A stretch of DNA of 64,000 nucleotides from Felis catus (Eukaryota), in NCBI RefSeq assembly GCF_018350175.1, contig NC_058368.1:19098001-19162000 (forward strand), read 5' to 3'. A model generated the notes under the pieces. That model ran no database searches. It saw only the letters and a list, made by a program, of their open reading frames with translations, and was not told where the DNA came from. Position numbers and translations under genes: made by a program. Positions 27,376 to 38,688 of the stretch are shown here, in pieces. Position 1 is the first letter of the stretch, and every line of letters starts with the position of its first letter.

Positions 27376-27379
27376 GAAT

Positions 27380-27900
27380 GGGAAATTGAAGGTCAATATC
27401 TCTCATTAACATATACAAAAAGTTGTACATAAAATATTAGCCAATAGAAAGTAGTGATAAGTAAATAATATATTAAGACCAAAGGGGAGCTTATTCTAGG
27501 AATAAAAAAGGTTGGCTTTACATTTGAAAATAACAGAATAACAGAGAAAAACATTTCATTATCTCCATACACATAGAAAAAGTATCTGACACGTTCATCA
27601 ATTCATGATTCAACTCCTAGCAGAGTAGAAATAAATAAAACTTTCTTAATCTGGTAAAGAACATGTACAAAAAACTTCTGTAAAACATCATTTTAATAGC
27701 GGAATTTCTAATTCTTTCCATTTAAGTTTGGGAACAAGGAATGGTATCTGCTCTTAGTACTAGTCAACATTACAAGTGGAGGTCCTAGACAATTCAACAA
27801 AGAAAAAAACTAAAAGTATACTAAGAAAGTAATTTGATATGATTATATGCATAAAAAGTTCAAGGAATATACAAATTACTAAAATGAATCCATGAATTAA
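27380..27900 (+). mobile_element. Ancient L1M ORF2 (RT) fragment
   Basis: caatatctctcattaacata, cattcatgat-like and ttcttaatctggtaaag blocks, similar to 400-900. Confidence 0.7.
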
Positions 27901-27914
27901 CATTTTGTGATCTT

Positions 27915-30900
27915 TTGTTTATTTCTATTTTAAAATTTTAATTCCATTGTAATTAACAAAGTGTTATATTGGTTGCAGGTGTATAAATAGTAATTCAACA
28001 GTTCCATAATTCTCAGTGTTCATCAGGATAAGAGTACTCTTAATCCTCCTTACCTATTTTACCCATCTCCCCACTTGCCTCCCCTCTGATAACAACCTGT
28101 ATTCTCTGTACTAGCTCCATCCATGTTTTTGCAAATGGTGAGATTTCATTCTTTTTTATGGCTGTATAACATTCCATTACATACCCATATATATCCATAT
28201 CTATCCATTCATCTATTGATGGTCATGAGTTGCTTCCACAGTTTGGCTATTGTAAATAATGCTGCAATAAACATACGGGTGCACGTATGATTTCAAATTA
28301 GTATTTTTGTATTCTTTGAGTAGTAGTGTGATCACCCAGTAGTGTGATTCCTGGATCATAGAATATGTTTACTTTTAATTTTTTGAGGAATCTACATACT
28401 GTTTTTCAGAGGGGCTGTCCCAGTTTGCATTCCCACCAACAATGCAAAAGGGTTCCCCTTTCTCTGCATCCTTGCCAACATCTGTAGTTGTTACTTTTAG
28501 CCATCCTGACAGGTGTGAGGTATTATCTCATTATGGTTTGGATTTGTATTTCTCTGATGAGTGATGTTGAGCATTTTTTCACATGTCTGTAAGTCATCTG
28601 GATGTCTTCTTTGAAAAAATGTCTTTTCATGTCTTCTGCCCATTTTGTCACTGGATTGTTTTTTGGGTGTTAAGTTTGAGACGTTCTTTATAGATTTTGG
28701 ATACTAGCCCTTTATCAGATGTGTCATCTCCAAATATCTTCTCCCATTCCCATAGGCTGCCTTTTAGTCTTGTTGATGGTTTTGTTCATTGTGCAGAAGA
28801 TTTTATCTTGACGAAGTCTTAGTTCATTTTTGCTTTTGTTTCCGTTGCCTCCAGAGACATGTCTAGTAAGAAGATGCTGCAGCTGAGGTCAAAGAGGTTG
28901 CTGCCTGTTATCTCCTCTTGGATTTTGATGGTTTCCTGTCTTACATTTAGGTCTTTCATCCATTTTGAATTTATATTTGTGTATGGTGTAAAAAAGTGGT
29001 CCATTTTCATTCTTCTTTATGTTGCTGTCCAGTTTTCTCAACACCATTTATTGAAGAGATTTTCTTCCCATTGGATATTCTTTCCTGCTTTGTTGAAGAT
29101 TAATTGATCACATAGTTGTGGGCCCATTTCTGGGTATTCTGTCCTGTTCCATTGATCTATTTTGTGCCAGTATACTGTTTTGATGACCACAGCTTTGCAA
29201 TATAGCTTAAAATCCAGAATCATGATACCTCCAGCTTTGCTTTTCTTCTTCAGGTCTGTTTTGGCTATCTGGGGTCTTTTGTGGCGCCATACAAATTTTA
29301 GGATTGTTTGTTCTAGATCTACGAAAAATACTGGTAGTATTTTGATAGGTATTGCATTAAATGTGTAGATTGTTTGGGGTAGTATAAACATTTTCACAAT
29401 GTTTGTTCTTCTAATCCATGAGCATGAAATGTTTTTCCATTTCTTTGTGTCCTCTTTCAATTTCTTTCATAAGAGTTCTATAGTTCTCAGAGCACAGCTC
29501 TTTTACCTCTTTGGTTAGGTTTATTTGTAAGTGTCTTATTGTTTTTGGTGCAATTGTAAATGGGATTGATTCCTTGATTTCTTCTTCTGTTGCTTCATTA
29601 TTGGTGTATAGAAATGCAACAGATTTCTGTACATTGATTTTATATCCTGTGACTTTGCTGAATTCATGTATTAGTTCTAGCAATTTTTTGGCGGAGTCTT
29701 TCAGATTTTCCACGTAGAGTATCATGTCATCTGCGAAGAGTGAAAGTCTGTCTTCTTTCTTGCCAACTTGAATGCCTTTTATTTCTTTTTGTTGTCTGAT
29801 TGCTGAGGCTAAGACTTCCAGTACTATGTTAAATTGTAATGGTGAGAATGGATATCCCTGTCTTGTTTCTGACCTTAGAGGAAAAGCTCTCACAGTTTTT
29901 CCCCACTGAGGATATTAACTGTGGGTCTTTTGTATATGGCCTTTATGATGAGGCATGGTCCATCTATACCTATTTTGTTGTGGTGTTGTTTTTTTTTTTT
30001 ATCAAGAATGGATATTGTATTTGTCAAATGTTTTTTCTGCATCTATTGAGAGGATCATATGGTACTTATCATTTCTTTTATTAATGTGGTATATCATGTT
30101 GATTGATTTGCAAATGTTGAACTACTCTGCAGCCTAGGAATATATCCCACTTGATCATGGTGAATAATTCTTTTAATGTACTGTTTGATTCAACTTGCTA
30201 GCATCTTGTTGAGAATGTTTGCATTCATGTTCATCAGGGATTATTGCCCTGTAATTCTCCTTTTTAGTGGGGTCTTTGTCTGGTTTTGCAATCAAGGTAA
30301 TGCTGGCCTTGTAGGAGAGAGTTTGGAAGTTTTCCTTCCACTTCTGTTTTTTGGAACAGTTTGAGAAGAATGGGTATTAACTCTTCTTACTCTGGTAGAA
30401 TTCCCCTGGGAAGCCATCCAGCCCTGGACTTTTGTTTATTAGGAGTTTTGATTACTGATTCAATTTCTTTGCTGGTTTTGGGTCTGTTCAAATTTTCTAT
30501 TTCTTCATGTTTTAGTTTTGGTAATTGTATGTTTCTAGACATTTGTCCATTTTTTCCACATTGCACAGTTTGTTGGCATATAATTTTTCATAATATTTTC
30601 TTATAATTGTATTTTTTGTGGCGTTGGTTGTGATCTCTTCTCTTTCATTTGTGATTTTATTTATTTGGGTCCTTTCTCTTTTCTTTTTGATGAGTCTGGC
30701 TTGGGATTATCAATTTTGTTAATTCTTTCAAAGAAACCACTCTTAGTTTTGTTGATCTGTTTCTGCTTTGTTTCTCTATTATTTATTTCTGTTCTAATCT
30801 TTATTATTTCCCCTGATGGCTTTGGGCTTTATTTGCTGTTCCTTTCCTAGCTCCTTAGGTGTAAGGTTAGATTGTGTATTTCAGAGTTTTCTTGCTTCTT

Positions 30901-32752
30901 GAGGTAGACCTGTATGGTAATAGACTTCCCTCTTAGGACCACCTTTGCTGCATCCCAAAGGTTTTGGATTGCTGTGTTTTCATTTTCATTTTCTTGCATG
31001 TATTTTTTTTTCTTCCTTAATTTCCTGGTTAACACATTAATTCTTTAGTACGTCATTCTTTAACTTCCAAGTATTTGTGATCTTCCCAAATTTTTTCTTG
31101 TGGTTGACTACAAGTGTCATTGTACTCTGGAAATATGCATGGTATGATCTCAATCTTTTTGTACAAAAAGGGCTGATTTGTGACCCAGTATGTGATCTAT
31201 TCTGGAGAATGTTCCACATTCACTCAAAAAGAATGTGTATTCCGCTGCTTTAAGATGAAATATTCCAATTAGATATGTTAAATCCATCTGGTCATTGTGT
31301 CACTCAAAGCCATGGTTTCCTTATTGATTTTCTGCTTAGATGAGCTGTCCATGCTGTATTAATGGGGTATTAATGTTCCCTACTTGTATTATTATCAAGG
31401 GGTTTATGTTATTAATTGATTTATATATTTGGGTGTTGCAAGTTGGGGGCACCAATTTTACAATTGTTAATCTTCTTGATAGACCCCTTAATTGTGATAT
31501 AATACCCTTCTTTATCTCTAGTTACAGTCTTTTGTTTAAAATCTAATTTGATATAACTACTCCAGGTTTCTTTTGATATCTATTAGCATGACACATGGTT
31601 CTCCATTCCCTTTCAATCTCCAAATGTTTTTAGGTCTAAAATGAGTCTCTTATAGGCAGCATATAGGTGGGTCTTGTTTTTTTTAGTCATTCTGATACTC
31701 TATGTCTTTTGATTGGGGAATTTAGTCCATTTACATTTAGAGTGACTATTGAAAAATATGAATTTAGGGCCACTGTGTTGCCTATAGGGTTGGTGTTTCT
31801 GGTGACATTCTCTGGTTGTTTCTGGTCTTTGTTGTTTTTGGTCTTTTTTTTTTTCTCTAAAGAGTCCCTTGAATATTTCTTGCAGGGCTGGTTTAGTGCT
31901 TACAAAATCCTTTAGTTTTTGTCTGGGAAACTCTATCTTTCCTTCTATTCTAAATGACAGCCTTGCTGGATGAAGTATTCTTGGTTGCAGAGTTTTCCCA
32001 TTAAGCATACTGAATATATCATGCCACTCCATTCTGGCCTGTCAAGTTTCTATGAACATATCTGCTGTGAACCTGATCTGTTTTCCCTTATAGGTTAAGG
32101 ACTTTTTCCCCTCGCTGCTTTCAGGATTCTTTCCCTTTCTGTGTATTTTGTGAATTTGACTATGATATGTCTTGGTGATGGCTGGCTTTTGTTGAATTTA
32201 ATGGGAGTTCTCTGTGCTTCTTGGATTTCAATGTTTGTTTCCTTCCCTAGATAAGGGAAGTTTTCAGCTATAAATTGTTCAAATAAACCTTCTACTCCTT
32301 TTTCTTTCTCTTCTTCTGGGACTCCTATGATACAAATGTTATTACACTTTAAGGAGTTGCTGAGTTCCCTAAGTCTACATTCATGATCCAATACCTTTCT
32401 TTCACTCTTTTTTTCAGCTTAATTATTTTCCATAATTTTATCTTCTATATCAGTGATTCATTTCTCTGCTTCACCCATCGTCAATGTCATTGCACCATTC
32501 AGTTTTGCATCTCAGTTATAGCATTGTTTTATTCCAACCTGACTCATTTTTTAGTTCTTTTATCTCTGCAGTAAGGGATTCTCTAGTGTCTTCTATGCTT
32601 TTCTCAAGCCTAGCTAGTACCCTTATAATTATTCTTTTAAATTTTGGTTCAGACATCTTACTTGTATCTGTAATGATTAAACCCCTGGTTGTGACTTCTT
32701 CCTGTTCTTTCCTTTGGGGTGAATTTTCTGTCTTGTCATTTGTCTGGCTCAC

Positions 32753-32838
<86 letters not shown>

Positions 32839-34248
32839 GAAAGCCTGTTGTATTCCTGCTCCTGAGAGTAATGGCTATATTAGTAAGTGTCCCCCCCAAA
32901 AAAACCAAAAAAGAAAAACTTGGAAGCTAGATACTAGTTGTGCTTTGGTCTGCTTGCTAAAAGAAGCTAGATCTCAAAAAAAAGAAAAAAGCTAGATTCT
33001 ATTTCCCCTAGAGTTGAAGTTTGCAGCAGCACTCTGTGATCACTAGACTTGGTGCATGCAAGGGGTTTATGCGGGTCTTCTGGGGGTGGGGCCTGCTGCA
33101 CCCATTCTCAGGCTGACGTGCCCTAGTGGAGATGCACCTACAGGGTGCAGGGTGGTTGGGTTTGGTGTAAACAGCTTCAGCCTCCATTGGGAGGCGCTGT
33201 TTTGCTCACTGATTTGGTCAGTGCTGATGGGGGGAGGGGAAAAATTACATGACCCCACTCTCTCCTCCCTGGAGCATGGAGTTCATGCCTACTACTCTTC
33301 AGGGAGCTCACACAGAAGAGCCAAACAATCACTCTTTCATGTCCCTGACTTCTGCCAGATCCCTGCACCCAAGTTGTCTGTCTGCCAGGTAGCAGAAGTC
33401 TGTGTTTTATCTCAGGCATGTAGCTGGGCTCCAAAACTCCAAATTTTAGATGTCTATGTGGGGTAGACCCATACTGATTCTCTGAGGGAGGGTCTTGCTG
33501 AGTTGTGGCCAGTGCTGGTTTGTCCAGAAATCAGTTGTGTGACCATGCAGCAGTTTGGAGTTTATGGTAAAGTGCAACGGAAAGCCAGCACCAAGGTTTG
33601 CTGCCCTCAGCTTGTATTCTTTGTTCCTACATTAGGGAATAGGGCAGTACTTTGGTGGTGCCAGCTCTTTTTTCCCTGGAAAGGCCATGCCACCTCTCCC
33701 AAATGCACTCTAAGCAGGGCAACTGTTTATCCCTGTGTGATGCAGGGGATCCTTGGACCGCACTATCCACTCAGAGGTCTCTGCCCTCCTTCCTCACCAG
33801 AGCAACTCTAAGCCCACCAGGCATGACCCTGGTGCTGGCACGGACTCCAAAACTTCAGACTTTGCACTCCACTGCTTATAAAAACTTGCAGTAGTCAGTC
33901 CCTCTTCCTTTTCCAGTCAATGGTTTGGGGAAGAGTTTTTCTTGAGCATTCCTCTGCGTGCACTTTCATTCTTTCTCTCACTCTGTTTCTCACTCACTCT
34001 TCTCTCCATGATCAGGGCTCCTTCACCTTCATGGCCCCTGTAGTTCTTTTCTCCCCCAAATCAACTCTCCACAGGCTCCTACCTTCCACGATGTGGCTAT
34101 TTTTCCATCTCTAATTGTGCAGTTTTGCTAAGTCCTCAGATCAGTTTCTTGGGTGATCAAAATGATTAGATATTTATCTGGCTGTGCTCAAGGGTCAAGG
34201 CAAGCGTAGGGTCCCCCTAGGGTCCTCTGCCATCTTAACTCCTCCCCC
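27915..34248 (-). mobile_element. Near-full-length inactive carnivore L1, same orientation as TPTE2
   Basis: 5' end gggggaggagttaagatggc. ORF1 fragments 32516-32908, 32095-32391, 31700-32032. ORF2 [16 protein letters not shown] (29411-29893). 3'UTR about 27915-28300. Confidence 0.95.
32753..32830 (+). repeat. Compound (TG)n(AG)n microsatellite inside L1 ORF1
   Basis: Perfect runs. Confidence 0.97.
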
Positions 34249-34489
34249 TAAATGCAGTATTTTCAATTCACATGTTTAAAGTCATGCAAGCTATACGACT
34301 TCCCTGTCAAAATTACTGATTGCCAAATTTATGCTGGTTTCTTTAGCTGTATCTTTTTTGAGTTTTATATTTTCTGTTATGTAGATGTTATAGAATATAA
34401 CACCATTGCTGTCTTTGTGACGTGGTGTATGATTGTATGATTTCTGTATGTAAACTGAATGCTTAAGCTTTTGATACAGGATTCTAGAA

Positions 34490-34830
34490 AGCAGTAAATT
34501 TTAGTGTTATAGTGAATAAGTATAATATATAAATGTTGTAAGAACTGTACAAAAATATCGAATGTATCTCAGATTTGGGGCATAAAAAGCCAGTCAAAAA
34601 ATAAGTATTTTATGATTCCACTTATGTTAAATTCAGCAATAAGTAAAACTAATCTGTGGTAACAGAAGTTAGAATAGGAATTACCTCTAGTGTGTTGGGA
34701 TATTGACTGAAAAAGAGCAAGAAATGTTCTATATATTGTTCGGGGTGTTGGTTACATGCATATAGACCTGTATATAATCTCATCAAAATCCACTTAAGGT
34801 AAGTGCAATTGACAGTATTTGTTATGCCTT
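34490..34830 (+). mobile_element. Ancient L1ME-type 3' end
   Basis: tatgattccacttat...aaaactaatctgtggt...gttggttacatg. Confidence 0.7.
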
Positions 34831-35134
34831 GACAAAAGTATAATTATACATGCATGTATATATGCAGACTTATATGTAGACATATACATATATGTACGTA
34901 ATTACACCGTATTAATACATAACAAAAATATAAATTACGCTAATGAATACACAGCCACACACATATGCAAACTCCTTAAACAATGGCTTTTAACTGGAGT
35001 TTCATATTACATATCATTTTATGTTTGAAATTATTTAATACACAGACTCTAAAGCAGTATGCCTCCACTATAATTTAGGATCTCAACCTAAGAACACACA
35101 TTTTATCTAAAGAATTCCCATCCTTCTCCCCATG

Positions 35135-35625
35135 ATAGACTACGAAAAATGGCCGTAATTTGTTGCAATTCCTGCCAGCAAGAGATGTGGTCTATTCTAC
35201 GCCTTGAATCTGGACTGAGTTGTAATTTGCTTCATACCATAGAATGAGGTAGAAGCCATATAATACTAGTTTTGAACCTGGGCCGTTAGGGGCTCTGCAT
35301 TCTTCTGCCTGCTGCTTGTGGGATCTTTGCCACTGCCACCATGTGAACAAGCCTCCAACTAGTCTGCTGGAGAGTGAGACATCACGTGGAGCCATCCAAC
35401 CAGGCCATTTTAGACCAGCCAATCCTCCGATTCCAAGTAGCTGCCCACAGATGGATACATTAGCCCAGCTGTGATTAGTTACACCTGGCCCTGATCAGCA
35501 GACCCACTCAGTGAAGCCCAACCCAAATTCAAATTCGGAAACCCATTATGAAATAAGTAAATGGTTAATGCCAGAAGCCATTAAGTTTTTGCACCCTTCA
35601 TTACATAGAAAAAGCTAATTGCTAT
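35135..35625 (+). mobile_element. MLT1 (MaLR) solo LTR
   Basis: aaaaatggcc...ccttgaatctggact...ccaccatgtgaacaagcc...ctagtctgctggag...aagccattaagtttt...aaagctaattg. Confidence 0.8.
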
Positions 35626-35758
35626 CGATCCTTTATAATTTTTTACCTGGGAGAGCAAATTTTTACAACACTGCCATCTCTGAGCCAGTGGTACACTTAC
35701 GACTCTGTAGTCTATGTTTAGTGAGAAATAGGAACATGTGTTGTGTAAATATCCTCAC

Positions 35759-35823
35759 CTTAATGGGATTCCTATAGAAAGACTGCTGTCCAGAAGATGG
35801 GAATGACATGGCAATAATACGCT
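35759..35823 (-). CDS. TPTE2: TPTE2 exon, phosphatase domain
   Basis: ttccag|AGCGTAT...TTAAG|gtgagg; 65 nt; [21 protein letters not shown]. Confidence 0.96.
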
Positions 35824-36439
35824 CTGGAAGTCAAAAGAGTCATTATTATGAATGTCATTATAGATGTGAAACAATATATGAGAGCTTACTATATATGTAA
35901 TCAGACTTCTTTTTCATAGAAAAGAACTTTCAGGATTGAGAATGACAGAACTACCTTTCAGATAACCAAGACAACGTATTAAATTATCCAATATAATGAC
36001 CATTAAACTCACACTGTGTTCCTAGGACTCAACTGGTTCCAGCCATATGTGACAAATTTGTGATGACCTATAAGTGGGAATTTATTTCTTATTTAAACAC
36101 CAAAGAAAAATGAGAGATCTGGGCCCCCGGAATGGTGGCATTGGTGCTTTCCAGTGCTTCTGACTCGGAAACCTTGAGACCCCTTATTCTCTAGGGTTTG
36201 AGGAAGAGAAGAGGACTCTCTGAAATCCTTGCAACACAGGAAAACAACTAGGACTCAAATTCCAAACCAAACAAAGGGAGCCAGCTGGAAATCCGTTCAA
36301 TTTCCTGTAACCAAGCAGCCCGGATTTGAGAGATCAAAGCAGATTTTCCATTGTCAGGAGGAGTAAACTACAAATATGTTGCACTACCACAGTGGCTCAT
36401 ATCTTCATGGGTAAAGAATGCTTTGAAATAACATGGCTC

Positions 36440-36670
36440 CTCAAAATAAATAAATAAACTTTAAAAAGGTCGGGAGGACACCTGGGTGGCTCAGTCAGTT
36501 AAGCGCCTGACTCTTGATTTTGGCTTAGGTCATGATCTCACGGTGAGATTGAGCCCCACATCAGGCTCTGTGCAGACAGCATGGTGTCTGCTTGGGATTC
36601 TCTCCCTCCCTCTCTCTCCGTCCCTCCCCCACTCACACATGAACACACTCTCTCAAAATGAATAAATCAA
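36440..36670 (+). mobile_element. Can-SINE preceded by the tail of a second SINE inside one TSD pair
   Basis: TSD ctttgaaa(t/g)aacatggctc at 36421-36439 and 36671-36689. Confidence 0.88.
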
Positions 36671-36772
36671 CTTTGAAAGAACATGGCTCAGACAAAACAA
36701 GAACAAAATGAACATAATTACACACAAGAAAGAGTCGAAGCTAATATAAATAAACAGTTGAACTTCACAAAC

Positions 36773-36836
36773 CAGTAACATAAGTGAGGTCTAAGTCAAA
36801 TCCATCCTTCTTGTATCGCCGTTTGTTTTCTGAAAC
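36773..36836 (-). CDS. TPTE2: TPTE2 exon, phospholipid-binding motif
   Basis: tcttag|GTTTCAG...TACTG|gtttgt; 64 nt; VSENKRRYKKDGFDLDLTYVT, matching the PTEN N-terminal motif. Confidence 0.96.
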
Positions 36837-36975
36837 CTAAGAGTTTAAAACAATCATTAACTTGCAAAACAAAAATCAATGTAAAATAAAGAATGTTATA
36901 TAGATAAGTACAACCCTTGCCAGTATTTCCTGAAACAAACATTTTCTGAATCATAAGTATGTTTTGGCCACTTAC

Positions 36976-37075
36976 CAGCCTTCTGGTCAGCATTTCAAGA
37001 TGTTTCTTTTGATGAGCCAGATGGAAAACTCTTATCAGAATAATAAGTCGTAGGGATTGAAATAAAATTGCCAAT
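36976..37075 (-). CDS. TPTE2: TPTE2 exon, S4 and linker
   Basis: tgttag|ATTGGCA...GGCTG|gtaagt; 100 nt; LAILFQSLRLIILIRVFHLAHQKKHLEMLTRRL. Confidence 0.95.
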
Positions 37076-37142
37076 CTAACAGTAAAAAGATCAATTTTTG
37101 CTTTAGAAACAGGATTTTGTCAATATGGACCAAGTCCAGAGG

Positions 37143-37393
37143 ACTTGTTCTTAACCAGGGTGATTTTGCACATACACAACCCCCCACCAAGTCTCCTACC
37201 CACCCACCTAGGGAATACTTGGCAATGTCTGGGGATATTTTTCATTATCATACTGTGTGTGAAGGTATGCTACTTGTATCTAGTGGGCAGAAGCCAGGAA
37301 TGTTGCTAAACACCAATCAATGCACAGGACAGCCCCTATAACAAAGAACTATCTGGTCCAAACTCTCAATAGTGCTGAGGTTGAGAAACTCTG
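37143..37393 (+). mobile_element. MER20 (hAT) DNA transposon fossil
   Basis: ggtgattttgc...ttggcaatgtctgg...tgcacaggacagccc...tcaatagtgctgaggttgagaaactctg. Confidence 0.88.
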
Positions 37394-37664
37394 GTAGAGA
37401 GAGAAATAGTTATAAGATAGACTTAGAATTTGTGTACTGAACTTTTGTGGCTTAAGACAAGCATTTGTCAGTCATTTTCCCATCAAAAGAAACTGAGCGT
37501 TCTTGTTCACCTTTGTTATTCCCATCTGTAACAGAGGCTCACTACAGCTGCTAACATACATCGGGCAGGCAGCAGACTCAGATACTTCCCAAGTGTACTA
37601 GCTCATGTCTCTCCTACCATCAGAAAAAAACATGGCAGAGCGCTGATGATTCGAATATGTGCTT

Positions 37665-37790
37665 CTCTAGCTTGAGTGTGCACATAATTCAGTAGGCCTG
37701 GCATGGGGCTGGAGATGTTTTTCCTTTTGCATTTCTGGCAAGTTCTTAGGTGATACTGAGGTTGCCAGAGGACCATACTGGATCCACTTA
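37665..37790 (+). mobile_element. MER5A-like (hAT) fragment
   Basis: attcagtagg.ctgg...ttgcatttct..caagttc..aggtgat.ctga...ggacca.act. Confidence 0.75.
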
Positions 37791-38568
37791 TTTCAAAACA
37801 ATTCCAAAAGCCTGTCATGTGATATGAAGTTTTGTTGGGACCTGAATTAAAGTCCTGGGTTACTGGAGTGCAGAAAGAAGGTGCTGGACTAATGAGCGAG
37901 TCATCCAACATCTATATCCCAATACACATCTCCTTCCTTTTCCTCATTGCCACAGTAGCAAGAGGAAGAAAGGAGGGAAAGCCATCAGTCGCTTATACAC
38001 ATTTTAGTTTCCTGATAGCTAAGCAGTTCTAACTTTGCTTCAGCTTTCTTCATTTCAACTATACTGTAAGTTTCCACCTCCATGGTGCTACCTATATGAC
38101 CTTGTTTTCTGTTCTACTTGCTCCTTTTTAGGAGAATCATGATGGGAGTCTCTCAAATTTTGCATATGACCAAACCAATACTCTGGATTACAGGAAAAAC
38201 CCAGGAATTTCAGGTAAGGAACTTGTGATTGAAACTCAATGGGAATTTCAAAACGTAGAAAAGTTAAATTAGGTACAAGAGGCCAAGTTCCCAGTTTGTT
38301 CTTTCGGTGTTCCATGTTCTTTATTCAGCTAAAGGTGCTTAATGTGTACACCCTTCACACTTCCCAATAAACAACCATGCTTTAGTGTCCAAGTAGGTGG
38401 AAATTTTTCTAAATATTTCAGTATTGGCAACTTAATTGGCTCATATTCAACACATTCAGACTTTGAAGGATTATACAAATGGAAAGCCACAGAAAGGCAC
38501 CCCCCCCCCCGAAATAAACAAAAGGGAAAAAATGAAAACTTTAAGAGAAATGATTATATGTTTCTTAC

Positions 38569-38688
38569 CTGGGGATATCTTTAAGAACCTTAAGGTCATA
38601 AAACATATAAATTATATCAACCAGTAGAGTCACTACAATGATGACAGCATCTAAGCAGTTAAGTATACCAGAAAAATACAGTCGTATC
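38569..38688 (-). CDS. TPTE2: TPTE2 exon, S3
   Basis: ctacag|GATACGA...CCCAG|gtaaga; 120 nt; IRLYFSGILNCLDAVIIVVTLLVDIIYMFYDLKVLKDIP. Confidence 0.95.

Noticed and set aside
37770..37790. GPYWIH peptide as part of the lectin-like pseudogene
   Set aside because: It lies in the terminal sequence of a MER5A-like element, so it is coincidental and was not counted as evidence.
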